NCBI RefSeq assembly: GCF_964355755.1
Contig: NC_092679.1
Span: 2,944,201-3,008,200 of the forward strand
Source: Antedon mediterranea
Lineage: Eukaryota; Animalia; Echinodermata
Length of the DNA: 64,000 nt
Direction of reading: 5' to 3'
Part shown: piece by piece, positions 10,901 through 23,100 of the stretch
Layout of the letters: each line of letters starts with the position of its first letter
Numbering within the stretch: position 1 is the first letter of the stretch
Position numbers and translations under genes: made by a program
Notes under the pieces: model-generated
What the model was told of the DNA's origin: nothing
The model's input: only the letters and a program-made list of their open reading frames with translations
Database searches by the model: none

Positions 10901-11698
10901 TATGGTGTTTGTCCAAATTTTAAATTAACATAATTATTTCAACAATTTGTGGTTTAGCTTGACGGCAGAATTTTGGCTCTTTGCATGATGTGTGCATTTT
11001 AATTTTTTTAGTAATATTGATAACAATTGCGTTAACTAAATTCAGTAGATGTAGTGCGTTTTTTAGTATTGTACTTAATTGAAGGTAGGAATCATTCTAA
11101 AAGTTATTTAGTATTAGACAATTTTATCATGACCATTTGCACTACAATTTGTTTTTTGGTTTTTTTTAACCTGCTGTCGCAGTTGTGTTTCACAGGACAT
11201 CTCCATCTTCCATTCTGTTTTTGGAACAAGTTTGTATCTTTAATATGGTACCCCAAACTTGCTTTTGTGAGAGTTTTAAAAATTGCATTAAAATTACAAC
11301 AAAGGGTAAATAATTGAAATGGAGAAAACAATGCAGTGTAAATCTATGTTTCCTTAATCTCGGTTTACACTATCAAACTAGTTTGCAAAAAAAGTGTGAT
11401 GCGCCGAAATATGGTAGTGATATTCCCAAATGGTAGTAATATGACATCATATCCATATATGGGCACATCACAATTTTTTGTCACATAAAGTTTGATGGTG
11501 TAGACAGAGCTTAATCCTAATTCGGCTTGATCAGCAGTTATGGCCTTGAATCAAAAGTTATTAATGAAAATTGTCCATAAATATAAAAGCACATGTTATG
11601 TACAGTATGTTAATGCATTTTATTTATCTTTTTTTCAGCCAACAGTAGAAGCAGAATTTGGATTGAACAACGTAATCCAGGTGTCACAGTCCTCCTAA
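1996..11698 (+). CDS. Uncharacterised Glu/Pro-rich protein with C-terminal AMPK-beta-like carbohydrate-binding module (CBM48/AMPK1_CBM), 645-646 aa, with alternative exons 5A/5B
   Basis: Exons 1996-2196, 5221-5346, 6381-6695, 6816-7957, then 9346-9442 (5A) or 9787-9880 (5B), then 11639-11698 (TAA). All junctions are GT-AG with consistent phases (0,0,0,2,0). C-terminus VNFMWNESADVVTVSGSWDNWSAKTPL...GEYEYKYIVDGQW...PTVEAEFGLNNVIQV aligns with the AMPK-beta CBM. The link of exon 1 to exon 2 is less certain than the rest. Confidence 0.8.
4200..4396 (-). mobile_element. tRNA(Gly-like)-derived SINE, family 1
   Basis: Reverse complement matches the copy at 25709 in both head (gtagtggaactgtagctttgtggtttacatgcttgccttccaatcc) and tail (tataagcacgataaat). 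Confidence 0.7.
5398..5527. mobile_element. PIF/Harbinger-like MITE family A (TIR AGCTCTGTCTACACTATCAAACT)
   Basis: Terminal inverted repeats flanked by TAA/TTA. About 13 copies or fragments in the window: about 5398, 10465, 11357, 21211, 21733, 23178-23554, 25330, 27697, 28232, 31738, 32422, 42273, 43951. Confidence 0.8.
6480..6660 (+). repeat. Coding 21-bp tandem repeat (KEEESPA/KEEEPPA)
   Basis: About 8 copies of a 7-aa unit in exon 3 of gene 1. Confidence 0.9.
7060..7305 (+). repeat. Coding 18-bp tandem repeat (PTP[V/A]EE)
   Basis: About 13 copies of gaacctacaccagtagaa-like units; a degenerate second block lies at about 7675-7790. Confidence 0.9.
8611..8839. mobile_element. MITE with ~30-bp imperfect TIR (CAAGGCAATCTAACAACAG...)
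   Basis: caaggcaatctaacaacag at 8611 and ctgttgttagattgccttg ending at 8839. TCATA lies one base outside each end, a possible 5-bp TSD. Confidence 0.65.
9346..9442 (+). CDS. Alternative CBM exon 5A (retains YKY..DGQW glycogen-binding residues)
   Basis: 97 nt, phase 2 to 0. Branch point CACTAAC at 9321-9327, acceptor gtag, donor AAG|gtaatt. Encodes (D)GMHHLSTMIALSQGEYEYKYIVDGQWRCDNSK. Confidence 0.85.
9787..9880 (+). CDS. Alternative CBM exon 5B (Lys to Asn, Trp to Thr variant)
   Basis: 94 nt (same length as PRKAB exon 25597-25690), phase 2 to 0. Acceptor ttttttccacag, donor CAG|gtgagg. Encodes (D)EGKFILSIDLAEGEYNYNFTVDGETKVDTDQ. Not present in the ORF track. Confidence 0.8.
10010..10313. 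mobile_element. Tc1/mariner (pogo/Tigger-like) MITE with internal 17-bp minisatellite
   Basis: TIR CAGTAGAACTC...GAGTTCTACTG followed by TA; gtgtccccttaatggga x4 at about 10163-10230. Related fragments at about 15533-15655 and 28505-28562. Confidence 0.65.
11357..11511. mobile_element. Harbinger-like MITE family A copy
   Basis: tttacactatcaaact...agtttgatggtgtagacagagct. Confidence 0.75.
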
Positions 11699-12819
11699 GG
11701 AGGAACCACTAAGGGGCATTAAACACAAAAACATGTGCAACATCTCACCGTGTGATTCCTTAAGATTCCAGAATATTCTAAGCTAAAACGGCTTAGAATT
11801 CTAGTTTTATGCCTAGGTTGTTACAAAGACAGAAAATCTTATGGGATGAAATAAAGACTAATGACCTGGATTTAGTCTTTGCTTCAACCTAGGTTCCAGA
11901 AAATGCGGCCTAGAATTCGGCAGTCTTTTAATATTTCTACGTTATTGGTTTTTGGTACACATCATCTCTTTAGAATCTATTGTACAAACAATTATATTTA
12001 AAAAAAGACAACTTGTAGTTAGTATAGACAATAGACATAATAAATAAATTCCACCTATTTATGTACTTGGATGATAAGAAAGGTCTTTTGCCAGGGTCTG
12101 GTATAACAATAGGCTTAATAATAATGGTCATCCAGGGACGTTTAGAGAGCGTTTTAGGGAGGTTAATGCTTTCCTTAGAATATAAAAGGGGAAACTAAAA
12201 TTGCCTATAGTTAGGTTTTCTTTATGTGTGCTTTTTAGAATATTATGGTGGTCGTCCATCTAAAGATCTTTCTGGATAAACCATGACTTCTGACCTCCTA
12301 TCCCTAGGTTGTAACCCTGTTCCCATTCCCAGAAATGACCCCCCTTCCTATTTATTTTACAGATAATTTTGAGAGGGTGTTACATATATAACAACAAAAA
12401 AACATTTTGCTTATATAAAGTTTTCTGTACCCACCTAAAAAATTCCAACTCTATTTTGTATTTTAATGCCATTCTTTTACTTTAACATTTTATTTTTTGT
12501 ATTATGTTTATATCAAATTGGCAAATTATATTTACTTGTTTTATAGAAGAAATATTTGGATTGAGGTTTCTAAAAAATATACAACATTTATTTATACATT
12601 ACAACAATATAATTATGTGTATACGTTAATAGGAGTATTGTAAAAATTATCTAAAATTTCCATCCATATCCTATGTATAATTTGCAGTGGTTACATAAAA
12701 AAAACAGCGCCCTCACAATGTATGAAATCAGTGATGTGTTATCAACGTGGCTCTCTGACTGTATTATGTTTTACATGTACTGATATATGCTTTCTTAATT
12801 CAGTTTATTTACCAATATC

Positions 12820-13062
12820 AATCAATTGATATCTTTCAATTGATATATATTGATTGATATCTATCGATTGATATCTATTGATTGATATCTATCAATATCT
12901 ATTATTGATATCTATCGATTGATATCTATTGATTGATATCTATCGATTGATATCTATTGATTGATATCCATCGATTGATATCTGTTGATTGATATCTGTT
13001 GATTGATATCTACCGATTGTTATCTACTGATTGATATCTATTGATTGATATCTATCGATCGA
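12820..13062. repeat. 14-bp minisatellite (GATTGATATCTAT[C/T]), probably in or just after the gene 1 3' UTR
   Basis: About 16 copies, rich in GATATC/ATCGAT palindromes. Confidence 0.9.
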
Positions 13063-16000
13063 TTCAAAGTATTCACAGTGGTATTGGGTTTTGTCCAAAG
13101 CCGTGTTAGATATTTGATTCAAATTTTGTGAATGTTTTGCTTGCTTGTTACTTATGCAATGTTGTTAAATGTAGATCCACTATGCAAATACTCCCTCCAA
13201 TTAGAGACCACTATTTTACATGATAAATAGAACATAGCTAGTGATCCTAATGATAGACCAAAACTTATAGGGTTGTCTGTAGTTGATTTTTATTAACATC
13301 ATATTCAGTACAGTGATAGAACAACAGGGTAACAAATTGCGGTCCCTTTTTGGAAAACGTTATTTGTGGTTCCTAAATAGAGTTTCAGCGGGATTTATTT
13401 CATAATAATGGCTTGTTGATAATATTATTGGTAATATTCCTGTTTATGTAAAACATAGTATATAATATTACAAGAAGAATATAACACATTTTTTTTTTGG
13501 CAAATAAATTGTGCACTTTGTGTTTAAAGCGCTCTAATACAATAGAAGGTCGAGTGAGGTTGATTTCTTAAGGTGAGCTGAGCTCGTATTTAAACACAGT
13601 TTATTTACGTTTAGGTGCGTAGTTTACTTTCGTTGCCATAAGGCTTTAAAGGTATTTGCTTCATGATTACATAAAAACAACAATGATGACTTTTACTCAA
13701 CTCAATGTACCCTACACTGTACATATAAACCCAAAGTATAATATAGTTGAGTAAAGGCTTTAATGTTCCTTCTACCTAATTGGCTGCAGCCGTTCATACT
13801 ATCCTTCGTTGTTCAACCTATTTGGTACGCTGATCATAAGCAATTCACCTGCACTAAAATACTCTATTATGTAAATAGCAATTGTCCAATTTACATAGTG
13901 TACAAGTGTTTTACAGTCCGACAATCTTCTTGTTAGTTGTTCCATTAGTTTTGCACATCTGTGGTTGCGTACATTTAAACATACGAGGGCATTGCCTTGT
14001 GGGTAATAATATGCAATATTGAGGATTTCTTGCGCAATTTTCAAATAGTGAAATTAAATACATACTTTCACATTTGTAAATATCATTTTTTTTTTAAGGC
14101 TGTTCTATGAGTTTGCCCCGCCGCATGCCTATTAACAATTCAACCTGAATATGCAAATTTTGTGACGAACAATGTTTATTCAAATGCATGTAGAATTTCA
14201 TGTTAACTGTGTATTTAGCTTAGCTATAATAAAGCAATATGAAGTATCTGCTGTTTGTGTTTGTTTAAATTGATCTAGTTTTTTAAAAACATTGCAAAAA
14301 CAAACTTAACAAATCCTGAATGATATATGTTGCCCTGACCGTCTTCCGACAAAACACAAGTTTATTTTCTCCGGTTTTTTTTCACAGTTTAATAATGCAA
14401 TATAGTAAAAATTTCAAACAAAAATTATTTGTATATAATTATTTGGACATCATGAAATATAAACAGCATTTTTTTATACTTAAAACGTACTTTATTAATG
14501 TTGATTTTAATTAATAATGTTGGTGAAGAAAATAACTGTTTACTTAAAATGTTGGTGAATTCATTTTAAAAAGGAAAAGAAATTGACTAAAGTTTTGAAA
14601 TTAAGTAATGCACAGTTTATGAATGTATTTAATACCCTCCTTGATGATTAATTTGTACTAAAAAATAATAATTACACAGTGTACGTAGTACAGAGAAATA
14701 TATAATTAAAAATGAATGAAAAGGTTTTGAATTTAAAAGTAATAATATACAAGGTAATTTGTTATTAATTCATGAAAGACAAATTTAATGTTTTTATTTT
14801 AGACTTGGTTCTCCTTGTAGCGTTGGAAGAAGTATTTATACGTTAAATTTTCCCTTTTTACTATAAGCAATTTGCTACCCTGATATTAATCTTGGTCATG
14901 TTCTCAATCTTGCCTAATAAATTGGAGATTTATTACTACTACGATGAAATTGATTTCATAAATTTTCAATGTGGATTGTAATTAAAAAGTAGTTTAAGCA
15001 GTAGGTAATTAGTATATTAATGTTAAGAGTTCCATAATTACTATTTTCACAACAAAAAAATGTGTTTGTTACCAGACATCATGATTACAGTGTTCATTAT
15101 GCTTGCTGATTGACTCCAGTTTTCTCGTAATTCAAAATGTTTAAAATGATTTTATTAAAACATACTAAACATTAATGCCTTTTACTTTAAAATTTTGATC
15201 TAACAATATTTAGAACGTTTAACATTTACACAGAAGAGTCTATGATCAAGTTAGAATGCTATTTTGTTGATAACATCTTAAGTAAATATGGAACACCATA
15301 TATGGAAAACGATCCCATTCTGTTGTTATCAGTTTACCACACTGACGCAGGTGCAACTTTACCCCCAGGTTTTAGTCATGGGTAATAAGCATCCCAAAAT
15401 AAAGGTTTGGGGAGTCGTGTGCGACTGTAAAAGTGTACTATAGGTATATAGACAACCTTTTTGTAAAATGGAATATATAATTCACAATGTTATTTTGTTT
15501 GGATTTCACCGTTGCTTGCCTGGTTAACAAAACAGTAGTAGAACCCATCCTTCGGGACAGGACAGCCCTATTCACAAGACATTTTCCCATGAAACGGATA
15601 AGGGGAAATATACTTTTAACTATTCAGAGGTTGTGTCCTGAAAGTAGATACTGTATGTAGTAACATATCCATGGCAAGTCTTTGTACAGAATAAACCTGT
15701 TTGTATTGTGGAAGTTGATCAATTCAGCAGAATGGGGCTGGTAGTAGATGTCAAGCTGTTTGAATTATATTTAGTGTTAAATATTACTTTTTGAGTTCTG
15801 GTGCTTTGTGTGCTTATCCTGTTATAACTGAAGATTAAGTCTACTGCGACTATACCGCACTTCAGAAAATGCAATTAAAAGTATATACTAATCTAAAATT
15901 GACTATTGAGTTTTCTTTGACTTTTTTTGTGAGCGGTGTTTGGAGATTTCCTCAATGAGGAAGCCAAAAGTTCCTGTGAAGGACAGTGTTTCAATTTGTT

Positions 16001-16839
16001 AAATACAGTATGGAGTTTAGATCCAGTATGTTGTGAAAGTTGTTTTGAAACACATTTCCTTTCCAATTTCCTAAAAATGCCCTTTAAAAAAAAAGAGGGT
16101 GGGGTGGAGGTGATTGACTAATAATTGTAGTTCAATAACAAATATTCTCTTCCCCCTCCCCTATCATTTATATCAACATTATTCGATAGCTTCCATTCCT
16201 ATTTTGAAGTGCATGCAGAACTAATAAATGCATGCACCAGCAACAGCCTATCTATAGTATACATTAGAGAAATATAATAAATGTTGAAATAATTTTTATC
16301 CGTCACTCTGCAAGTTTTTGATGGGGATTTTTGAAAAAAAAGAAAAGACAGGAAAAAAGGGGCAAGATGCATTGTAATAAGCCACCTTTTCCTTTTATCA
16401 TAATTATCACGTTCATACTAGAATAATCTGGCTAAATACAAAAATTCATGACGTTTTGCACGTAGTCCATGGCCCAGCAGACGACGTATCCTGTATTTAA
16501 TATCTTGTCTGCACTCTAGTAGTGAGCCACCAATGCAGAAATTCATCGAACCATGTGCTTTTATTGACCTGGAACATTCACAGGCCACTGACCTAGTTAT
16601 TTGTACCCAAGATTCTCAGGAAGTAGACGATAGTATTTACAAAACGGGGGTGTTTATTTAGAGCTATAGTCAATCTAACTCAACAATTGCATTTACATAT
16701 TATTTATATTTATAAAACGTAGTAAATATGTTATTAATGTATTTTAAATATGTTTGCAAATTTGTTTTAACGTTAATGTAAATTGAAATTCGGGATTTAA
16801 ACTCGTTTTTCTTTTGTTTACATAAATCAACTAGTCCTG

Positions 16840-16910
16840 ACCCAGGTAATTTTATCGACGCCATATTTGTTTTCATCAGTATGCTCGGAAAGAAGCCACG
16901 AGGGTAGGTA
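16840..16910 (+). promoter_or_regulatory. Probable PRKAB promoter / non-coding first exon
   Basis: Local CpG enrichment, YY1-like CGCCATATT at about 16859 and donor-like AGG|gtaggt at about 16904. Acceptors at 19998/20008/20018 precede the PRKAB ATG exon. Confidence 0.4.
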
Positions 16911-19237
16911 AATGTAAACAAACTTTTTTATTCGAGATTGTTCACTTGTCTCTACAAATTGGGAGAAATATTTGAAAAGGGATCGAAAGGTAAATTACTG
17001 ATGTATTTTTTATATGGGAATATGCTCAAATCGGTTATAAAATTTCGGATAAACATTACATTCTTTTTTGGTTATCATTTTGCGATCTGGATAAATTGAG
17101 GCTGGGTTTGGCGGCCACCAACGGCTGGTCATCGCCATCTGCTGTTGCTCTGCATACTGCATCATGAATTCGGTATTTGTTGTAAACACTTGGTTATATT
17201 ATTGAACAGAACTATCTTTAGAACATGTACCATATCATTTATTTATCCAAAATGTATGTTTAATTATGCTTTGATGTTTAGTGCATTGTTAATGTTAGCT
17301 GTCAGAAAGGAAATCAAATTTAATTTAATTAAGAAGGACGAAAGGCCAGTTTGTATTTTGAATGTTATTTTATGGTGTAAAAACGTAGCCCTCCACTCCA
17401 CTGACACTCCAGCCTTCAGCCTATTTATATTATGACTGAGCAAAAAGAACATTCTCTATGGCCATTGTACTGTAGATTAAGGTAAGGGTCATGGCAACAC
17501 TACTATGACCGAAATGGAGGCATATCTGTAAGTTGATTAATATAGGCATAATAATATTTTAGTGACATTAGGTCAAGATTTGTTTGTGTGAATAGGCTAG
17601 ATCCTTATTTTAATTTCATTAAATTTTAAAGTATGTTAATAATATTAATAATAATACATTTTTCATTGGAATGATTATTTCTATTTATTTTAATATTATA
17701 CTATTGATGCACTCTCACTTGTATTTTTGCTAATGAAAATTTTTGAATATTTAAAGTTCTTATTTTTGCATAAAAAATTAAAATGCAATTTTGGTTGCAA
17801 TTGTAGTATGCCCTTTTTTTTCAAATTATGTGATAGCAATTTGTTATTGAAAACAAACAAGGGTATTTATTCTTTAGACCCTCAATTTAGGGTTACTTAG
17901 AATTTACTTAAATTATCATTGAATGTATTCAGTTTATTTTCTTTCTCTCCATTGTTAGAGGGTTTTTAAAATAAACTATTTGGAATTTAAAAAAAACTAT
18001 TTAATAAAAAAAATGACATTCAATAAATTCTGTAATTGGCGAGTTACTTGCTTTATATTCGATGCATATGAAAAAAACATATTAATCTTACTTTATCTAA
18101 AATAAAGATACTGAATAAGAAATTGAGTTTAATTACTTACAGTAGTAATTATAATCATTTAACATTCACTTCTAGATGTACTTACAGTATGCATCTTTTT
18201 TTTTTTCGTAAGAGAACTTAAAAATCATGTAATCTACCAAACAACATTGCATTTGCATTTATGAGATTGCAAACATGTTTTGTAATTAATTGCCTTTCCC
18301 CTTCAATGTCATTGTCATCATAAGTAAAACAGTACTTTATACTGTACATTCAAAATTGTTTAAATTCTCAAAATTGTGATTTTATTCTAGTTTTCCTTGA
18401 AAATATTTAATTTTTATAACATTATAATGCATTGACACTGCCATGATAAGTGTACCGTGAGAGTGGATAGCTAAATTCTTCCAATTTCATAATCCATACA
18501 TCTTTGTGTGGAAGATGGCAAACGTGAATACACATGTGATTACGCATAAGGTGACATATTTGTATTCATGTAAAACACAATCGCCTAGTGTAAAACAGGC
18601 TTAATGTTCATAGTTTATGGCCACTTACATTTTTATATACTTGAGAGGTAGGGTTTATTTATAGTTACCATGGAAACTCTGGTACCATCAAAATATATCA
18701 AAACTGAAAGGGATCAATTTGGCATTATGCAAAGCATAGAACATCTTGTATAACACAGTAGTAAAATCATTTAACAGAAGGCTAAACAGAAAAGATTGTC
18801 TACTCAGAGAGTTTATTGAACTGTGATTGGGAAACTGACATGAATACCCAGTCAGCAACAGATGTACAGTAGATTGCACATTAATTCATCTATAGCACAT
18901 GGAAACAACAACAACATCGTAAAGGCATTGCATGGGTTGTATGTTTTTAGGTCAGCAGTATTGGTATCTGCAGCGATGCATGCACAAATTAAGAACATTG
19001 CAAAAATGCTTGCAAATCAATATCTCTTAATATTATCATCGACAATTATCACCTGTGTCTTTTGATTGCGTAGAGGTGGTCAAAGACCTGGCGTCAATAA
19101 CGCAAGAATGCACAAACTGTTTTTTTTTTTTAAATGTCTTTATTGTTTCCGCATCTGACTGTTTTATACAGTATATTATTATTCTACAGCAGTATCTACA
19201 TTTTCTAACTGCAGTACACATTTTCACTGTATGTGTT

Positions 19238-19413
19238 TAATAAGCGACGTTGATAACTCCAGAGGGCGCCATGTTTACAAGGTCAATTGGGACAAAAAGT
19301 TCCATCTAGGCGGTACAAATTTACATAACCGCAGTAGGGCCTAGATGGAAATTTTTTTGCCTGATTGACCTTGTGAATATGGCGCCCTCTGGAGTTACCG
19401 AAACCGCTTATTA
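19238..19413. repeat. ~175-bp fold-back (long imperfect inverted repeat), probably a palindromic MITE
   Basis: taataagcg...taactccagagggcgccat...ttccatctaggc pairs with gcctagatggaa...atggcgccctctggagtta...cgcttatta. Confidence 0.85.
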
Positions 19414-19505
19414 GGTTTTTTAAGGTTTATTGCAATGACTGACTGATAAACTTCATCATTGAAACAAATTACAGTAAAACCATACGTATTATTGCAGTTA
19501 GCAAA

Positions 19506-19795
19506 ATATAATAATAATAGTTCATTCTTATAACGCGCATAAGCAAGCTCTCAATGTGCTGCACATTATTGGATCAAACATATAAGGAAACATACTCCCG
19601 TGATAATGCAGCTAGTAATCAGTGCAGTTGTGTCTTGATCTAACCAGTACCCATTTATACACCTGGGTTGGGGCGACGAGAGGCAAATGTAAGTAAAGTA
19701 TCTTGCCTAACGATACAAGCAATGCAGCGAGAGTTGGAATCGAACCATGATCTCATGATCAGTAATCCATTGTCCAACACACTGCACACACCTCA
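19506..19795 (-). mobile_element. tRNA-derived SINE, family 2, with (ATT)n tail
   Basis: Minus strand shows B-box ggttcgattcc, a central taggcaagatactt...cccaggtgtataaatgggtac motif and an attattatt tail. Confidence 0.65.
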
Positions 19796-20147
19796 ATATA
19801 GAAACTATATAAACTGTACTGCAGTAAAATAATTGTGCATGATCATTTAAAACAGAGCAATAGAACAATTGCTGCTCATTTTTATACTGAGTGGATATAA
19901 ACTGATCCATACAGTACTGTACATAATAATATAAAACTAATACTAGTTCAATACTTGAGTCAGTTTTATATTTTAACAAATGTTGTCTTTTTATTCAGTG
20001 TTTTCTAGATCCCTGCAGTTCCTATTGCCTCAGTTCGTGACTCAGTTTTCAAAACAGATGCTTCGTCGTATTCACTCTCAATCTTTAAAGCGACTCGGTA
20101 CATTCAAAAGTATTCGAAAGAAGTGCGGTCTTGTATGAAAACACACT

Positions 20148-23100
20148 ATGGGCAACACCAGTGGTAAAGAGAAGGGTAAAGATGGTTTGCCTATGTCGCC
20201 GAGCAAGGAGACACCGTCATTTGATTTTAATCCGCGCAATCATCAGCATCGTAAACTTTTCCAGCAGTTGTCGTTAGATGATAATGACTTATCGCAAGCA
20301 AGTTTTAAGGTAACAATTGTTTTTAGGGTGAATAAAATGAAATTTCTATTCTCATTGTCATCAGCATAATAGCATAATACACTGTGGTGTTAGTTTGGTA
20401 CGGTATCTTTCTAAATGAATATAAAGTTAAACACACAATAATAGCTTTCATTTACACTAGATAGCAGATTTGAATTGGGAAAAAAAAGCATCCTTATGCT
20501 TCGGAAAAAATGTTAATTACTTTGCTTCTGCTTTCTAATAATGACCAGTTAAGTAATTAAATGCACTATTAGAATAGCCTAGGGTGTTCTAAACAATTTA
20601 ACCTTCTCCCTACGCACATTTTAATAGACCCCCTATGTCGGCCTATATTTTTCCTAGTACATTGTTGTGACCTTGGCAGATGACCAGAAGGTGAACACCA
20701 ATTATCAGGGATGCGCTTAGAAATTCAGTTTATAAAAATATCAGATACTGTTTTCTTCTTTTCTTTCTACTGTTAAGAAAAGGAGATAAATTTAATATGA
20801 TTTGTTCTTCTGTAGCTTGACAGCATATCTGCCAGCGCTTTGTTTACGGATTCTCGTTTTAGTAGATCATATTTTATAGTTTAGTTGCGCAGAGTATTTT
20901 TAGAGTCAGTCTACCACTCAGCTATTCCAAGGGAAGTGGGTGAGGATCTTCAACACTGATTCTATTGTTGTGTTCTTGGCACGAATCCAACATTATTGTC
21001 CAGATCCCTTCGGGATGTGATTCAATAATAATAGGCAACATTATGTTTTACTTAAAAACAATATTCAAGGACTTCAATTGAGTTATTTATAATCAATCAT
21101 AACCAATGGAGTATAAAATTAGGGTGTATTTTTAGCTTGAATATTTCATCATTATACTGTGTAAGGATCTATCTTATATTATACAATGAAATGGATAACA
21201 AACATTTTAAAGCCCTGTCTACACTATCAAACTTTATGTGACAAAAAAATATGGACATGATGATGTCATATCACTACCATAATAATAATAATAGTACGAA
21301 TTTGTAACTCGCCAATTCCAGCAGTAAGTGATCAAAGAGAGTACCATATTTGGGCACATCACACTTTTTTTGTCAAACTAGTTCGATAGTGTAGACAGAG
21401 TTTTTAAACAGTTAAAATAATGCCAAACAAACTTGTGGATGGATAACCAACTAAACCCACACAAATACATATTTAAAACGGAAAAAAATAATTACCCAAT
21501 TCTGTACTTTATCTGGTTTATCAATATTTGTAATACATACAGTGTCACATGAATACTGTATTACAGAATTTGCCTATGATGATACAGTATCTAGAATCCG
21601 CTAAAAATATATGTTGTGTTTTATTCCATGTTAATTGCTTTTAATTGAACTATTTATTTCATCATTATTTTAAGAGGGTGACCCAGCCAGCGTGAGCTGA
21701 TTTTACTCAGCCCTCAAACCAACATTGGTTTAAGCTCTGTCTATACTAACAAACTAGTTTGATGTGCCCAAATATGGTAGTGATATGAAATCATCGTGTT
21801 TATATAGGCTACTCGGTGTAGTTTGATAGTGTGGACAGAGCTTTATAACTTATAGTACAGTAGGCCATCTTCATTCCGTTGTATATTTCACATCTTATAT
21901 TTTCACATACATGTCTGTTTGTTTTAAAGGATATTCATAGGTCAGAGTTCACAAGACCCAGAGCTAGTACTATTGTTGAACAACCTGTTCTCAACCTAAA
22001 AGCCTTACCCACTGTGTTCCATTGGAATGGAGGAGGCAAAAATGTGTTCCTATCAGGGAGCTTTAACCAGTGGAAGACCAAGATTCCAATGTCTAAAAGG
22101 TATTTGAAAGATTTTATTTATCCTAGAAGGCCTAGTTATGATCAGTTGCTGTGATGTACCAGTACACCGGGGTAACCCCCTACTCGTCTCGAAAGATGTA
22201 CTAGGTTCTTTAAAGTGCACATGAGCTAGATGTGTGCACTGGACCTACGGTTTATAGTCCTTATCCGAGAAAACTCGTTCTACCACCAGAACCATGGAGC
22301 GAGTGAGCCTCGAACCTTTGCCAATGTTATAGCTATGTAATTACGGTTCCACTGTCTTAACCGCTTGGCCACTAGAAGGAATATAATTTCACACTGTCCC
22401 TATGAATACCGTATCATATCTGGCTGCTGAGGTCAGTATTGAGAAGGTGATAATATAGATTTACTGTAGCTACTCAAGAGTGCTCAAGAGCCTCCTCTCC
22501 TCAAAAGCTAAGAAAAACATCTTTCTAGGCAATGGTGATGACAGTAAAGATGAGGATGAATTAAAGAAAAGAGAAATAGACATTTTAAAATGGACCGGCC
22601 GTTGGAACATAAATTTCTCCATCTGATTTGTGTGCTGTATGTACAGTATGTGTACCCTAATATTTTGCATTATAATCTATTATACACTTACTAAAATAGC
22701 AAATTTAATAATAAAACACAGTTAGCGCTGAATTCCCAATATTATTGATTAAATCCAAGGTGATTTTTATACTTGGTTTACATTTTATTTTATATAAACA
22801 ATTTTTTTTCAAGTTACAATTGTGTTTTATGAATAATAAATGAAAATCAAACATAGCATCTTCGCCGTATTGCCTGAAGATATTCTTCGAAATGAATAGG
22901 TTACAATACAAGATACATTATTCCCATTGTAGATATTGGTTGACTTATTCACCATTGATTCAATTATGAAGTTGGTTTTAGACTGTTTGTTGGTAATAAT
23001 ACTACTATATAATCAATATTGTATCTTGGCAGTCACAACATTATATATTTCTGTTTTAATTATCAATTCAAAGCCATTAGATTCTAATTAAATGTTTTTT

